This document shows, piece by piece, positions 13,250 to 26,546 of a stretch of DNA of 64,000 nucleotides. The translations under genes and the position numbers were made by a program. A model generated the notes under the pieces. It had not been told where the DNA came from and ran no database searches. It saw only the letters and a list, made by a program, of their open reading frames with translations. Source of the stretch: Raillietiella orientalis (lineage: Eukaryota); assembly GCA_036172245.1 (NCBI GenBank), contig JAYWIR010000001.1, positions 2,852,001 to 2,916,000 of the forward strand, in the 5' to 3' direction. How positions within the stretch are numbered: the first letter of the stretch is position 1; each line of letters starts with the position of its first letter.

Positions 13250-14815
13250 GTCGGGAGGAGGAGTCTTCCTGGATGACCCTTTTCCTCGGGAATGGTTCCG
13301 CGACCCAGGGGAAAACAACTGGCTCAACTCGCGGGAATGCTGCTCGTTCCTCGCTGCCCAGGATGGACCCGGTGCCAGAAAAGCACCTGCTCGCGCTTTC
13401 CCCTGCAGAATAGGGACCGCCTCCTTCCCTCCTTTTCGAGAAGAAGCAGCAGCGCATGTGTTTGGGGTGCTCCGCCTGGGGTCGGCCAACGCCGCAAGCC
13501 GACCTCTGGCGGTGGCACTGCACCCGCTGGTGTGTTCGACGAGTTCGCAGGATGCTGCTGCCGTCGCGCCAGGGACTCCAGGATCCTCTGCAGGGCAGCA
13601 ACAGGCGCACGCGCGGGAGGATGCAACGGCAGGATGGTCGGAGCGCTGCGAGCGCGCTCTGCCAGCTCGCAGCCACTTCTCGGATCGCTTCTCGGTCAGT
13701 CAGGTGACGTCACAGGTGATCGCGGAATCAGGCAGCGCCTGCGGAGACACCACCGACTGCCGAAAGAGCTCTGCCCACCGGACCGGGTGTGGCTGACGTG
13801 GAGACCCCCCGAGGAGTCTCCGTCGACCCTGCGACGGTCCACCTGCCGGCAAACGCGCCGCCGCTTCTCTCCGTAGGGCGCTGCTGCTGCTGCTGCGGCG
13901 AGGAGCCGCCCGACTTTCCCCAGACCTCCCGGGGAAAGGCAACATCCGCATCAGCTTCAAGGAGACGCCGAGTGCTTCCTGCTCTCAGTTGCGGTCGGTG
14001 ACTCTCCAGCAGAGGGGCCGCTCCGCGAAGGGCTCCGCCCTTGTAGGGGACTGAGACCGAGTTGCAGAGCGCCTCGAGGTCAGGAGCGTGACCCGCGGTT
14101 CGCCCCCTGAGTCTCCGTGATCCTGGAGTTTTCCCCTTCCCAGTCCTTCCCCTTTCCGCTTAGGGAGTCGCGCACTCTGTCGGCCATCCAGGCTTCTGCC
14201 GAAGGCAGGTGGCCCAAGCAAGGATTGAGATGAACGCTTCCTCTCTCCTTCACATCGAGATGACGCGCTCCATCGCCTTCCTTCCCTTCCTCCCCTACCC
14301 CTCCCAACGTCTGGCTTGAGTTTTCTGGAGATCGGCTTGCAGCGTTGGACGACCCCCGGCAGCTCCTCCCAAACACACGCGCAGCTTCTTCTCTTGGAAA
14401 TGGAGGGAAGGAGGCGGCCCCTCTCCTGCGGGGGGAAGCGCGACTTTTTCTTGTGCCGGGTCCATTCTGGGCAACGAGGAGCGGGTGTCGTTTCCGCGAG
14501 TTGAGCCAGGCGTTTGACCTGGAGTCGTGGGATCGTTCCCGAGGAGCTGGGTCTTTCAGGAAGACTCTTTCTCCCAATATCCCCTCCCGATAGTTCCCCT
14601 CCCAACGTGTCCGCAACGCGGGTCGCCCCCCGTCTGCACCTCCTCTGTTTCTGCCGTTTGCTTTGGGTGAGGCTCCTCCTGTCCCGCCGCCGCCTGTTGT
14701 TGCCATGCAGAGGATCCTGGAGTCCCTGGAGCGATGGCAGCAGCATCCGGGCGAGTGCTTCAACGGCGCGTCGAACACACCAGCAGGTGGCAGCGCCGCC
14801 GCCAGAGGTCAGCTG
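13250..14815. repeat. Diverged inverted repeat pair with permuted block order
   Basis: 13255-13505 matches the reverse complement of 14325-14570; 13500-13620 matches the reverse complement of 14680-14810. Confidence 0.72.
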
Positions 14816-15079
14816 CGGGCGACTTCCGGAAGCGTTCTCCCCTGTGCCTGACAGGCAAGGAATGCCTGCAGGCTCCGACGATCCTTCGGCAACCGAGTTT
14901 TGAGGAAGCATCCGTCCCTGCGTGAGACGCAGCGGCCTCAGGCAGAGTTCTTGTACGCCCGAAGCAGCCGTCCCGAGCAACGAGAGAGATGGCGCCGAGG
15001 AAAGGGCGCATGGACGATGCCCTCTCTCGGCGGCAGCCTGGAAACCAGTCCTTGAACTTCCAGAGGAGCACTCGGCTCC

Positions 15080-16048
15080 CACGCAGATAGAGGGAATAGT
15101 GAGAAATTTTTATTCCTTCCTGTACTCGAGAGCGCTCCTGGAGCGGGATGTCACGTGACTCCTGCTTCCGGAAGGCGTTTCAGTGATCGAGGGGGAAGAG
15201 GGAAGGAGTCTCGATGAGCCTTTCACGGTGGGTGAGATCACCACCGCCATCAGAAAGCCCAAGAGGCATAAGGCTCCAGGGGAGGACGGCCTGCTGGAGG
15301 AGTTTTATCGGTGCTTCGCCGCAGAGCTGACTCCCCTGGTATAGCAATTGACCTTGCTGATACGTGAAACAGGCGACCTTCCCGCCTCATTTCGCTCTGC
15401 AAAGGTGCGTCTCCTCCCCAAGGGAGGAGACCTACGGAGCATGAACAGCTGTCGGCCGATTGCCATGGTGAAAGTGGACGCCAAGTTGCTAGCGAAACTG
15501 TGGACCGAGCGGCTGGGGCGGGTGGCGGAAAGCTTCATTAGCCCGGAGCAGTCATATGCAGTTCCCGGGCGGAGCATGGATGCCAACCTGTTCTTCGCCA
15601 GCACCTGGTTCGCGCCCCAACATGAAAGGCAGATGATGGGCAACCGGAATTCCGGAGCGTCTGTCGGCCAGGGGCGGGAAGGTCGGGAGGGGGTGGGAGC
15701 CCTTGCGGTGGGCAGTCGACCTGCACAAGGCATTCGACTGCGTCGACGAGGCTCTCCTTCTGGAGCTGCTGGAGCTTGCCGGCATCCTCCAGAAGATGTG
15801 ACGGACCCGCTCAGCAGACTATGATCCCTTCCCTCACCCTCCCAGTTCTTTTATTTATTTTCCATTTTTGTTTTTTTTGGTTTTGCTTATGCTCCCTCCC
15901 CTCTGGCTGCCAAGGTGGACCGCACTGGTCTGAGAACCGGTGATAAGGCAGGCTTTGATCATCTAGCGGGTGGCTGGACCACTGCTCCATCCACAGATTC
16001 TGTAGAAGTTTTATTCGAGAGAATAAACGCCCCGGCGCATTCGGGTAA
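15080..16048 (+). mobile_element. Internally deleted LINE copy: RT N-terminal part fused to ORF2 C-terminus and 3' UTR
   Basis: KAPGEDG, LLPKGGDL..CRPIAM, EQSYAVPGRSMDANL and DLHKAFD, followed directly by ELAGILQKM*, the UTR and the terminal hairpin at 16022-16047. May extend further upstream. Confidence 0.82.
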
Positions 16049-16089
16049 GAATCGAACCTCCGGAGGCATCCTTTTATCCCGATGAACTC

Positions 16090-16780
16090 GGAGGAGTGTA
16101 TCGGTGACTTCCAGTCCCTTCGAGGTTTTTCTTCAGAGAAGGAAAAACGAAGAGCGGTTCCCTCGCAGGTTCCCTCCGGAGGAAGAAATTCCAGGAGCAG
16201 ATCCTTTCCGGACTTCCATCGGAGGAGAAATGGGGTGTGGCTCCGTGGCTCCCCCTTTGGAGGTTCCTCTGGAGACAACCAGGGCGCGGGTTCGCTTACT
16301 AAGCGCAAGAGGAACGAACGCCTTCCTCCGAAGCCTTCCTGGATTCCTAGGGAGATCCGTTCACTGTATCTCCTATACCTTGAGAGGCGAACGGTTCTTC
16401 AGCACTTTGGGAAACAAAAAAGTAACGCGCAGTCGGCGGCGAAGAGCATCTGCACCTGAAAGCAGTGCGTACCGGAGCATCAACGGGAGACCACCACCAC
16501 ATGGTCTCTCCGGGAAGTGCTCTCCAGGGAAGCTGAGAGGCGTCCCTTTGGGGGTTCTTTTCAGAGGAAGAAAAACAGGGAGCGTTTCCCTCGTGTGTTC
16601 TCTCCAAAGGGAATATAATGGCGTGGCTCCATTCCGGGCCACGCCGTTATTCCGGGGGGTTTTCTGTGCAGAACAAGGAAGAGGTTCCCTTCGGAGTTCC
16701 CCTACCAGGCGTGGGAGAGGAACGGACTTCTTTCCTCTTCTGCCATCTCCATGATGACCGAAGGATTCTTCCGGCGCCTT
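16090..16780 (+). repeat. Two adjacent partial family B copies (~16090-16370 and ~16500-16780)
   Basis: Repeated TTCAGAG.AGGAAAA..GAGCG.TTCCCTC and GAGGAACG.AC..CTT blocks. Confidence 0.6.
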
Positions 16781-19439
16781 CCTGTGTTTCATAGGGTTGG
16801 TCCCCTTCCTGGATGCCCCTTGTAACTTGCAGAGTTCACGTGCACCCTCAGGCAGCTCCGAATGGGAAGAGCCTGCTCAGTGGAGGGCGGTGCGGAACTT
16901 TAGAAGAGCTCGGACTGGAGACGGGCTCTGGTTTTCCTCTTGCCGCTCGCCGAGCGCCGCCGGCAGGTGGCAAGAGGAAGAGGGCGCTTCACCTCCGGGC
17001 TTCTTCCGACTCCTCAGCGCGTCCGCAGGAAAGGCTTGGTCTCTCTCGGTACCATTGCGCATCTCTTTAATCCTCGCCTTCCGTTCTTCCCTCCCTCTTC
17101 CCCGCTTTGCAGATGGTAAAGCGTTATCTTGGAGATCCTTTCTGCCCTCCCTTCCTCCTTAGATGACTCCTTCAACTTCTTTTTTTTTTGTTTCTTCTCG
17201 CTCACCCGCTCCTCTTTTGTTGATTTTATCGACCCGATAGTTTCTCTCGAAGTTTCTGGAACCGTGGAGACCTCTCGAAAGCGTCTCTGCTCCTGGCTTC
17301 TGCTTTCTGGACCGAGCGATCTGCTTTTGAGGGGAACCTTCGATGTTCCTTTCAGGGTTCCCCCCTTTCCCCTCCCTCACTCCACCCAACCCAAAGGAAA
17401 AGAATGCCAGTGTCTTTCTTGCGATCGGTTCCGGTTAGCTAGATGCACAGGACCCGCCAACCAAGCAGGGAACATCAGGGAGGAGAGACGCGACAACCTC
17501 GTTGGTCTCCCTCTCTTGGCGCGTTTCGAACGGGGAACCGCTTGAGGGCCATCGAGGGAAGGCTGGAGGAGCCCGAAGGCGGACGCAGCCGCGAAAAGGC
17601 GCCGCGCGGGAAACCTCAGAGGCGACCTCTGGAGAACTTCGCTGGGTCGAGCGGACGAAACGATCCAGACATCTCTAGCCGGGCTGTCCCAGGAGATCCA
17701 TAGTCCTGCCGCCGGCTGCTCGACGGTGCGATCTTGGGTGCAGAGGCGCCTGGAACCCCCCAGGAGCTCGCGCCGGGCACTCGAAAGACCAAAACTGAAC
17801 CGAGTGCGTTCCACCACATCTTCTGCTTAAACTGCAGGCTTTGCTGAGGTGACGACAGTGACAGTCGAGAGAAGCAGAGCTCGTGGGGAGGGAACGCAGG
17901 ATCCCCGTCCTTTCGTGCCCTGCAGGGTGAACGGGAGATGCCTCCGGTGGAGACGCCATGATACTGGTCGCGGACGAAGGCGAACGGCTCAGCTCCTACC
18001 GACGTAGATCGACACCACCGTGAGCGCCGAGGTCATCATGGCCGTCGTTCCAGCGCCTCGTCGGTTGCCGTTGACGAGGGACAATGAGAAACCGGATTGG
18101 AAACGCGGTCTTCGAAGGCCAAGCGGAGCCGCTTTTATTTTTAGATGCGCCTCGCTTCGAGGCAAGTCATCACCTCGGGAAACCAGGGTGTTCGTTCGGG
18201 GAGTACGAGCAAACCTCCTAGGCCAGGATCTCCGGCATCTGCGGCAAATACCAGATAGCTGGGAGATCTATGTAAGTGGACTTCCCATGGGTGGACTGAA
18301 AAGGATAAAAGGGGGTCCATCCTGCTCTTGGTCCTTTCGGATGCGGAGAGCACTGAGGAGTTTCTCAGGAAAAGCTGCGGAGGAAACCTCGAGCTATGCA
18401 CCACCCTGATGCAACCCGGAGTCGGCTCTTCATGGCCCCTCAGCGGGTCGGCTTGCATCGTTTCCTCCGTTTCGTGTGGGGCCTCTGACTGAGTCGCTGG
18501 CTCTGCCTGGGGGAGAGTCTGCGATGCTGGTTGAGCAGATGTAAGATGGGGGCGCAGCGGATCACAGAGTGGATGTGATGATGCGCCAACCCACTTAGCG
18601 AGGCGCTTTTGCGAGTGATGGTTGTTGGTCAGACCACAGAATGGTTCTAGCGTTGAGAGAGATGGCGACGGAGGTGTCCACCATAGTGAGTCCACCCGTA
18701 GATGTGGACAAAAAAAAAGAAAAGATCCTCACCTTTCACCTTACCTGATCCACTACCCGCTCCTGACATCCTGTGGCGTGCTCAGCCTCGCGTCCTCGCA
18801 GCAGTGGAAGGATCCTGGCTTCCCCTTGAGTCAGGTTTTCTGTCCATTGGAAGTGCACTGGCGCACGGCGAACGAAAGCAGGGAGAACTAGGATGTGTGA
18901 CACCAGGGCCAGGCGGGAGCTGCTCCGTCCCCTCCGGTGCCTTTCGGAGGAGTGGTCCGGCGAGGATCTGAGAAGCCCGTCCATCCCAGCCTTAAACGTA
19001 GCGCGCTGCTCTTCCGGCGTTTCATTTCCAAATCCGGGATGTGTTCTTGGAGGAATGCTTGGGGCTGATCTCGCACCATCCTCTGAGCGATCTTCCTGTG
19101 TGCTGATTAAGACTTCATGCTCTGACATCTGGTGTTGTTCCAGTCGGTGCCTCACAGTCTGTGGTGCGTTCAGGACGCCGCAATCCTTGAAGACTCCTGC
19201 GGGGTCCTCCTTCCTTCGCGATCTTCTACTTGCTGGGGTGCACTGCACGATAGTTCCAGATTTGTGCAGGCGTCCGCGTGGCTGCGGTGTGCTCGCGCGG
19301 CACCAAGCGTCGCAGTTTCGAATCCCTCCCGAGGAAGGATCGACGCCGAGAAATGAGGAGCGTGTCGTTGGTTTCAAGCTCCCCCACCCCACAGGATGGC
19401 GCTGGTTGTCCTGAGGGCTTCAGGTGAGGCACTGGTGAA

Positions 19440-19790
19440 ATCTGAAAAACCGGATGACCACGTTGGCTGGCAGGGATTGGAAGTCGACTTTCCGGGGTCC
19501 TTTCAGGAATGAAGGAGACGGTTCCTCTCGGGACTCCCCTTTGGTGGTGAAAATGGAGCCTTCCATCTTGTACCATGGAGCTGATGGATCGACACCTCTC
19601 CAGGGTGCGAAGAAGTGCTCTTCTCCCTTAGGGAAGCACCCTTCTGAAAAATTGGGAAGCGCTCCTTCGGGGGTTCCTCTTCGGAGGGGTAAACAAGGAG
19701 CGGTTTCCTCCAGAGAGGAAATAAAAGGGGTCTAAGCCCCCTTCCAGGAGGTCCCTCCGGAGAAAATAAGGAAGAGGTTCCTTCCCAAAC
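19440..19790 (+). repeat. Family B copy
   Basis: Nucleotide and translated similarity to 62850-63180 (-). Confidence 0.7.
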
Positions 19791-20222
19791 TGCCTGCTCA
19801 GAAGTTACGTTCAAAGGTATGTTGCTGCTAGGTCATACACTGGAGTGCGAACATTTCGTATCTGATAAGGCTTGCTCTCTTCCCTAGGGTTTGCGAGTTC
19901 CCGCGGAATTTTGCCGTTTGGGGAATCCTGCGTCCTGGGGCGCCTACCGTCGATGCCCGGACTTGTTCCCAGTACGCAAACACGTGGCCCATCCGGGCCA
20001 CTTGTGCTCTCCTTCCTTCCTCTGAGGAGTCTCCTCCAGCGCTGCGCCCGATTTTTCGAATGGCAGCAAACTTCCGGGATGGATCCTCCCGATTTCCCTC
20101 TCTCGGTAACCAGAAGTGGCTCGAGTCCCGAGACAGATTCCGGGATTGGTTTTGTTGCAAGCTACCACAAGCTCGACTGGGATTTTTCCCTGTGAGATTG
20201 CAGGGGTAACGGGCTGTTTTTG

Positions 20223-20660
20223 TTTTCACCCGGTCGCTCCGGGGCATTCATCGTAAAAAAAAAAAAAAAAACCTCTTAACGATGAATCGCTTGCAAGAGC
20301 AACAAGGTCCTTCCTCCGTAGCAGGACTGCAATCCCACGACGTCGGTTGATGTCCTGGAGGCTTTGCTGCTCCCAATGGAACAGAGGGAAACACGGAGGA
20401 AAAAAAGAGGCTATGGGAAGTAAGCAGGAGCAAAAATGCATAAATGCCAAGCAATAAAAAGATTCCTCCCTTTCCCCTCCCCCAAAAAAGAAATGAGGGG
20501 AAAGGAAAGAGACCGCAGAGATTGATCTGGCGTCCTCTGCATCCTTTGCAGGATGCCAGCAAGTTCCTCCTTGTACTGAGCGAGATGCGGCGGCCATCTC
20601 ATGGTGATCCTCAGGAAGAAGATCACCGTCGAGATGGCGTCGTCTCTAGCCGCATGGTCC
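20223..20660 (-). mobile_element. LINE 3'-end fragment
   Basis: RDDAISTVIFFLRITMRWP..EELAGILQRM, a T-rich UTR, then GCCCCGGAGCGACCGGGTGAAAA. Confidence 0.75.
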
Positions 20661-20719
20661 TCCATCAGCACCTCAGCTTCTTCGTCGTCAAGGTGGCGTC
20701 TTTGGATGATAGAAATCCT

Positions 20720-21200
20720 TTTTAAGTTCGTTTCTGTCTTCTTTTTTGGTACGCTGAGTACCTCAATAGCCGTCGCGCTTGGCGGCTCACGCAGCTCTTT
20801 GACGCTGTTCCACGCCACCGAGGGTGCGTGTGATTCTTCAAGATAGGGGGTACCCCTGGAGTGGGCCACCCTATGAATCCAGGAGGGGCGCCGGAAAAAG
20901 GAGTCCGTTATCCTCAATCCTGGGAGGAATTCTCGAAGGGAATCCATCTCCCCGGTTGTCTCCGAAGGGAACTCGGAAAGGATCCACAAGTAGGAATTTT
21001 TTCTCTGGAGGAGGGACCGCCCTCAAGGGAACGGCTCCTGTTTTCTTTCTTCGGGATTCTCTTCTTTCTGAAGAGAATACCGAAGGGACGCTTCCGAAAT
21101 TTCTCTGAAGGGCGCTTCCCGAAGAGAACAGCACGCTTCTTTACGCACTCTGGAACGGTACCACCCATACTCCATGGTACGAGACGGAGAGTCCCTCCCT
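20720..21200 (-). repeat. Family B copy
   Basis: Shares CACCCTCGGYGGCGTGGAA..GCGTCAAAGAGCTGCGTGAGCCGC with 23226-23270. Confidence 0.7.
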
Positions 21201-22299
21201 CCTATACTGTCGGTCGGCGGACTCCAGCTGGAAGACGCAACAGCCCTTGTTCGGAGCGAGACGTTTGCTGCCGTGGGCGTGGCTTCTGATCATCCCGTCT
21301 GCAGACCGGGCGATTCCACTTGCATGTCCGGGCAGCTCTGCGCTTTCCCCTCCCAAGTGGCAGCGCGTGACGTTGTTCCCCACGCGACGGAGGCCGGTGA
21401 CTCTGGACAGAGGGGAGCGCTTCTCCTCAGATAGCGCTTCTTGTCCTCAGGAGAAGTCAAGATGCTCCCACATCTCCCGATAGGCCAGTCGTGCCCTTGA
21501 AAGACCAGTCTCAGAACGGGCCCGTCCTCCTTCCTCTGGAACCCCCGAGCGTGAACGCAGGAGCACTTTGCCACTTCGTGAATGAGTGCCTCGTGACGTG
21601 ACCTGGTGCGCCACGCACTTCCCTTGTCCTGCTTGAGGCGGCGACCCTTGCCGCAGAGGATTCTGGGATTTCGACTCGCTCGGGCGGTGACTTTCCCGCT
21701 CACAGGGAATGACCCTCGCGCACTCGCGGCAATGCCGCGTGCTCCACAGTTTCACATGGATGCTCGCGTCCCCTCCTCGCCTGTCAGATAGCGCAAATGG
21801 GAACTCCATTACTGTCACGCGGAAGGAGTTCCTGGAAGCCTCTTTTCCTGATATACGGGCTCATCAAATTGTGCCACTTCCGATAACATCTCCTTGCGAC
21901 TGCATTCGAAAGCGCGGCATCTTTTGAATTCCGATTGTTGCGGACTGACGAGGCACGTTGCCACGTAAACGGAGATCAACTCGTTGAGATTATGCTACGC
22001 GACCGCGTCACGGGAATCGATAAAAAAAGTACTTTCTTCCCTCTTTTTGATGACGTGGTCATGACCGTGTCAGAAAAAAGCGACCTGCGATGCTTTTCAT
22101 GCGCGATTTCCTTTCCCCCGCGTGAGTTGCTGCCGGTGCCACGGAGGAGGAAGAAGGCAACTTTCCGGAAAAGGGACGCAAAGGAAATCGCTGAAGCGGT
22201 GTTCTCGGACGGGAAGAGTTTCGAGTTGGAATCTGCGAAACCCAAAATTCCCAGCCGAAGGCATAGAGTTCTTGCAAGGCGAAAGCACCTACCCCATCC

Positions 22300-22970
22300 G
22301 GCCTCCTCCTGCCGCGTGCTCTTCTGAGCGATTTCCTGGCCACCGTTTCTCCCTAGTCGCCGACCACATCGGGGCTCACCTGCGTGCTGCGCCCTCCGAC
22401 TCTGCTGCGACAGCTGTATCGCTCCGAAGACCAGCAGCGTGGCGAACATTTCTCATGCCGCAGAGACGTTCGAGCCCCGCGTGACTCTCGAGAGTGGTCG
22501 AGAACCACGCGGGACTCCCTTGCTGAGGAGTTGCCCTCCCTCAGGGAACATCTGGGAAGAGACATCGCGGCAAAATGGGAGATTTTCGTTAAAATCTCCG
22601 GGACGGAGAAGATCGGGGAATGGAAAACGGGTCAGCTGACCAACGCTGCGACCCGAGTACAACCCCACATGGACTCTTGCTCTGGGGCGAGCTGCTGAAT
22701 GTTGGTGGTACATCTGAAGTGGCCCCCAGTGCTCATGGATTTGCGCACGCTCCCCAAGAAGTAGCAGCAGTCGGCGCTTTTGGTGCTGGGGTCTCCCATG
22801 CAACGCGCGCTGTCACCACTGGATGCAGGGAGGTGTCGACCCCATTGTGTTAGGTGCGGGGAGCGACAATCCCTCCCTCCCCTGTTAGTGCATTGTTTTG
22901 CCCTCCGGCCCCTATGGGAACTCTTTGCTGCGACGCAAGGCATCCCCTGTGGCAACCGACGCCTCATGGA
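22300..22970 (+). mobile_element. Degraded LINE ORF2 C-terminal fragment
   Basis: AAKWEI, HLKWPPV and CVRCGERQSLPPLLVHCFALRPLWELFA align with 45300-45750 (-). Confidence 0.75.
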
Positions 22971-22974
22971 AGCG

Positions 22975-23300
22975 TGCCTTCGGAATTCCTCTTCAGAGGA
23001 GGAAACCGGGAGCGGTTCTCTTTGAAGGGGAAATAATGTCGTGGTCCCATTCCGGGGGATCCCTGCGGAGAGAATAAGAAGGAGGTCCCCTCCGGGGTTT
23101 TCTTCGGATGCAAACAATGTGGAGATTCGGGATACCCTCACACGCGCAAGAGGAACGTACTCCTTCCTCCCGAGCCCTTCCTGGATTCATAGGGTGCCCT
23201 TCCCCTAACTTGAACAGTCAACACTCACCCTCGGCGGCGTGGAAGGCGTCAAAGAGCTGCGTGAGCCGCGAAGCCGAACAGTTTTTCAGTACTCAGCCTT
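22975..23300 (+). repeat. Family B copy
   Basis: GCGCAAGAGGAACG..CCTTCCTCC..CCTTCCTGGATTC is shared with 16303-16347. Confidence 0.7.
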
Positions 23301-24169
23301 AGAATGGCTTCATTGCTGCTCAAACACGTCGCTGCTTGAAGTTGGTCCTTCTGTCTAAAGGAGCCACCATTCGCCAACTGAGTCTCAACCGATAGAGTGT
23401 CATACGAAGAGACATGAAGGGCTGGTGGCACAACTCGGACGCAGTGCCGCCTCGGCACGTTAGGAACTGGTGCCCTCCAATCAACCTGTTCCAGGGATGG
23501 ACCCGGAGCGCTCATTGCAGGATCCCCGGATCTAAGGATCCGAAGAACGACCAAGTGCCGAGAAAATCGAGGATTGGGAGGAAGAAGGAGGGAAGCATCG
23601 GGAAGGGATTGTTCTGCTAGCAAGATCCAGCACTCCCGAAGTAGTTTGTGGGAACCTCGGATGAGTCGCGCTTTCCGTAAGGATAGGACCTTCAGAAATC
23701 ACGGCACAGCAACATCACGAAGACGAGTCGAAGAAAACGAACGGACGTGACGGAGAGTTGAAGCACCCCCTTCATCAGTCTGCACCTCCAACACTTTATG
23801 ACACAGAGCTGTTCATATTGGCTGTAGAGATGCTTCGAAACCGAGTACTTCAGTTTACCTGATTTCCTGATGTCGACGGACTGGCGTCCTTTTCGATACG
23901 CCAGCAATCGCAGGCGATGAACTTGGAAGTTCCTTCTTGAAGGCCTTCTAAGCAGTGCATACTCTTAAGAAATTGCATTTTTGGAACGCTAAGAACCATC
24001 CTTTCCTCTTTGCACTTATAGTAGCTGCAGATGCCGCTACGATAACTTTTTGTGGGTAGACTTACTAGTTGATGCGAGTGTCTGTACCCTGTTGGAATTC
24101 ATTTTTCTGTCTGTAAACATTCCAGCGTCCAATCCGGTGTCTCGATGCTCGTCGTCTGATTTTTTACTG

Positions 24170-24900
24170 CTGCGCTAACAGGAGGATGCAACCATTCGAG
24201 TATCTTTGACAACCATCTTGAAACACCGCTTGCTACAGCACTGTCTTCCCTCAGGGCAAACAGTGACAGCAGCCAACTTGCGGGGTAAGAGTTCTCCCAC
24301 AGCTTTGCTGTAAGAGTCGAAGAACCTCCGGACAGCTGCAAGACGAGCGAGCGGGTGGACGGCCCCACTCCTCGTTTCAGGGACTCCTTCAGTGGGGAGA
24401 GAACTCGCTGTCCCTTCCCTGTGTGCGGACACCGCCGTGTTCCCGCTCCGCTGGAAATCACAGGATGTCCTGCTGTTTCTGTCCCGGGGAGCATTCCGGT
24501 GCAACCAGCGCCGGCACCCTGTTTCCGGGAGAGTTGCCTCCGCGGACTGTTTAAGGTGCGGGGGGACGGAATCGTTCCCGCACCTCCTGTTGGACTGCAG
24601 TGCCCTGGAGGGCATGCGGAGGAGACGCAGGATCTCTCAAATGGGCCGATGGTTCACGTTCGCACCGAAGGGAGGCCACCAGCATGGCACAACCGCCTTG
24701 GTGAGGACGGCCGCAAGGTGGCCCCATCTGCCAGAAGTCATCAGTGAGATCGCCGCCGTGCATAGCCGCTTCTAGAAAGGAAGGAAACGAATCCCTATCC
24801 TCCCGTCTTTTTTTCATTTATGTATCGTCCCTTCCCTCCGCTGCCTACTTCCTTAGAAACCAGCCTGCGTGCCGCTGGTCATCCCCAACGAACCTTTTTC
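24170..24900 (+). mobile_element. Degraded LINE ORF2 C-terminal fragment (subfamily of the 48.5-50.2 kb copy)
   Basis: DTAVFPLRWKSQDV..CLRCGGTESFPHLLLDC..EIAAVHSRF* aligns with 49484-49960. Confidence 0.78.
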
Positions 24901-26546
24901 GGGGGGGGGCAGAGGGGAGGCATCTCTTGTATTCAGGCGACGCCGTTCCCCTCTGATTTGTGGTTTGTCTTTTGAAGAAACGTCCCGGCCTGACGGAGTT
25001 AAAACCATCTCGAAACTGATTTCTCAATAAACCCTTTAGTTGTGCGTCTCCCGCTGGCATCTGGCACACTCCAGTGCATCCTATTCTTCCCAGCCTAGCG
25101 TAAATGTGCAGGAAGGCTCATGTTTCACTTGCATATGCGGTCTGCGCTTCCAGAAAATGGAAAGATCCAGATTCCAACCTTCCACAACATGGGTCCCCTA
25201 CCACAGATGACCTGAAGTTCCTGTTTTGTCAAACTCAGAGGTCAATGGGTAAGTGTAGGCAACCCAGCTCGCTAGTGATCGCAAAGTCCTGTTCGAATGT
25301 AGTTCCAGTTGGTCGTTTCCTGTTAGCAGAGAGCAGAAAAGAGAAGTCCAAAACACACGGCAGGACTTTTTTTCTTCCGGTACGGCTCTGAGGAGAACTA
25401 ACCAATCTTCATGAGAATCTGTGGAGCTGCCATTCCTCTAAAATTATCCTATAAATAACTCCTTGTTCGTTTCCACACTCGCTAAGTATATCCATCTCTG
25501 TGACGATGCGAGGACTCCGACTTCAAACGTGTCTTTTCGTGAGTTTCCAGTCCCTCCATTTGTTTCGCCCATCTATTTGAAAACCGGACCATGCATGATT
25601 CCTAGAAAACGTGTATGGACCGGCTTCGTTCCTCGGAATCGGAAATGAACTTCTTGAAGTGACATCATACCGGAGGAATGCTAGCTATGAGAACCCGGAA
25701 GTCGGAAGCAAGTCTCGAGATGCTTCAACGTGTTCCTGTTTCTCTTCCCATGTTGGGTTTTCCTTGATCATTTGAGCATCATCTCTGAGGCAGCTAGAGC
25801 GCCTTGGAAACATGAATACAACAAGACTACTTTTTCTAAGATCAGCCACAACTTTAGGTATCTGATGCGTACCTTGTGGTCCATCCCCATTTGAGCCTTC
25901 GTATCTTAGGTCCTGAAGAACTGTTGCCTTATTTATAAGAACCATGAGGAGCACGTTCTATGAGACGAGCATTAGAGTGCTAGTCAATCATGCGGCACTC
26001 CTTTTTTTTAAATCTGAATCTCCGTTGGATTCGAATCATTGATGAGCTATTAATAACATATTTAATAACGAGAGAAAATAACCTCTTCCTTTTAGGGGAA
26101 CAGGATACACAAGTTAGATGAAATACGAGTATGTTGGGAGTGAATAGTCAGGGGCAATTTTAACAAAAATCCAAGGCCATCGGCGGCTGTGGATTTGTAC
26201 TTTCTTGCTATAGTAATTCCACTCTTGCAATCACAAGATGTATGCTTCTCTCAAATAAGGCTGGTATTTTCAAGATTGAAACAGATGCTAGAAAGCTATA
26301 CGAGAAGTTTTAACTTAGCTGAACCAATAGCTTTTCCCTGATGGGATCGTCCCCAAATTTCGGTAATGTCCTTCTTTCGTTTCCACGAAAGAAAATTAAA
26401 GAGATGGTTAACTTGTCCATCTCTTTAATTGGAAGAAAAACTATGAAGCCACTGATTAGCCTATGAAGTCCCCGCATGCTCGTGGAGACCTGCTAGGAGT
26501 GGATGGCTACAACACGTCATTACGAATCCGCCTCACCGATCCACAT

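Noticed and set aside
21290..21820. RH and HSF-like motifs suggesting an R2-type nuclease or tyrosine recombinase
   Set aside because: The matches are fragmentary, in different frames and mutually inconsistent.
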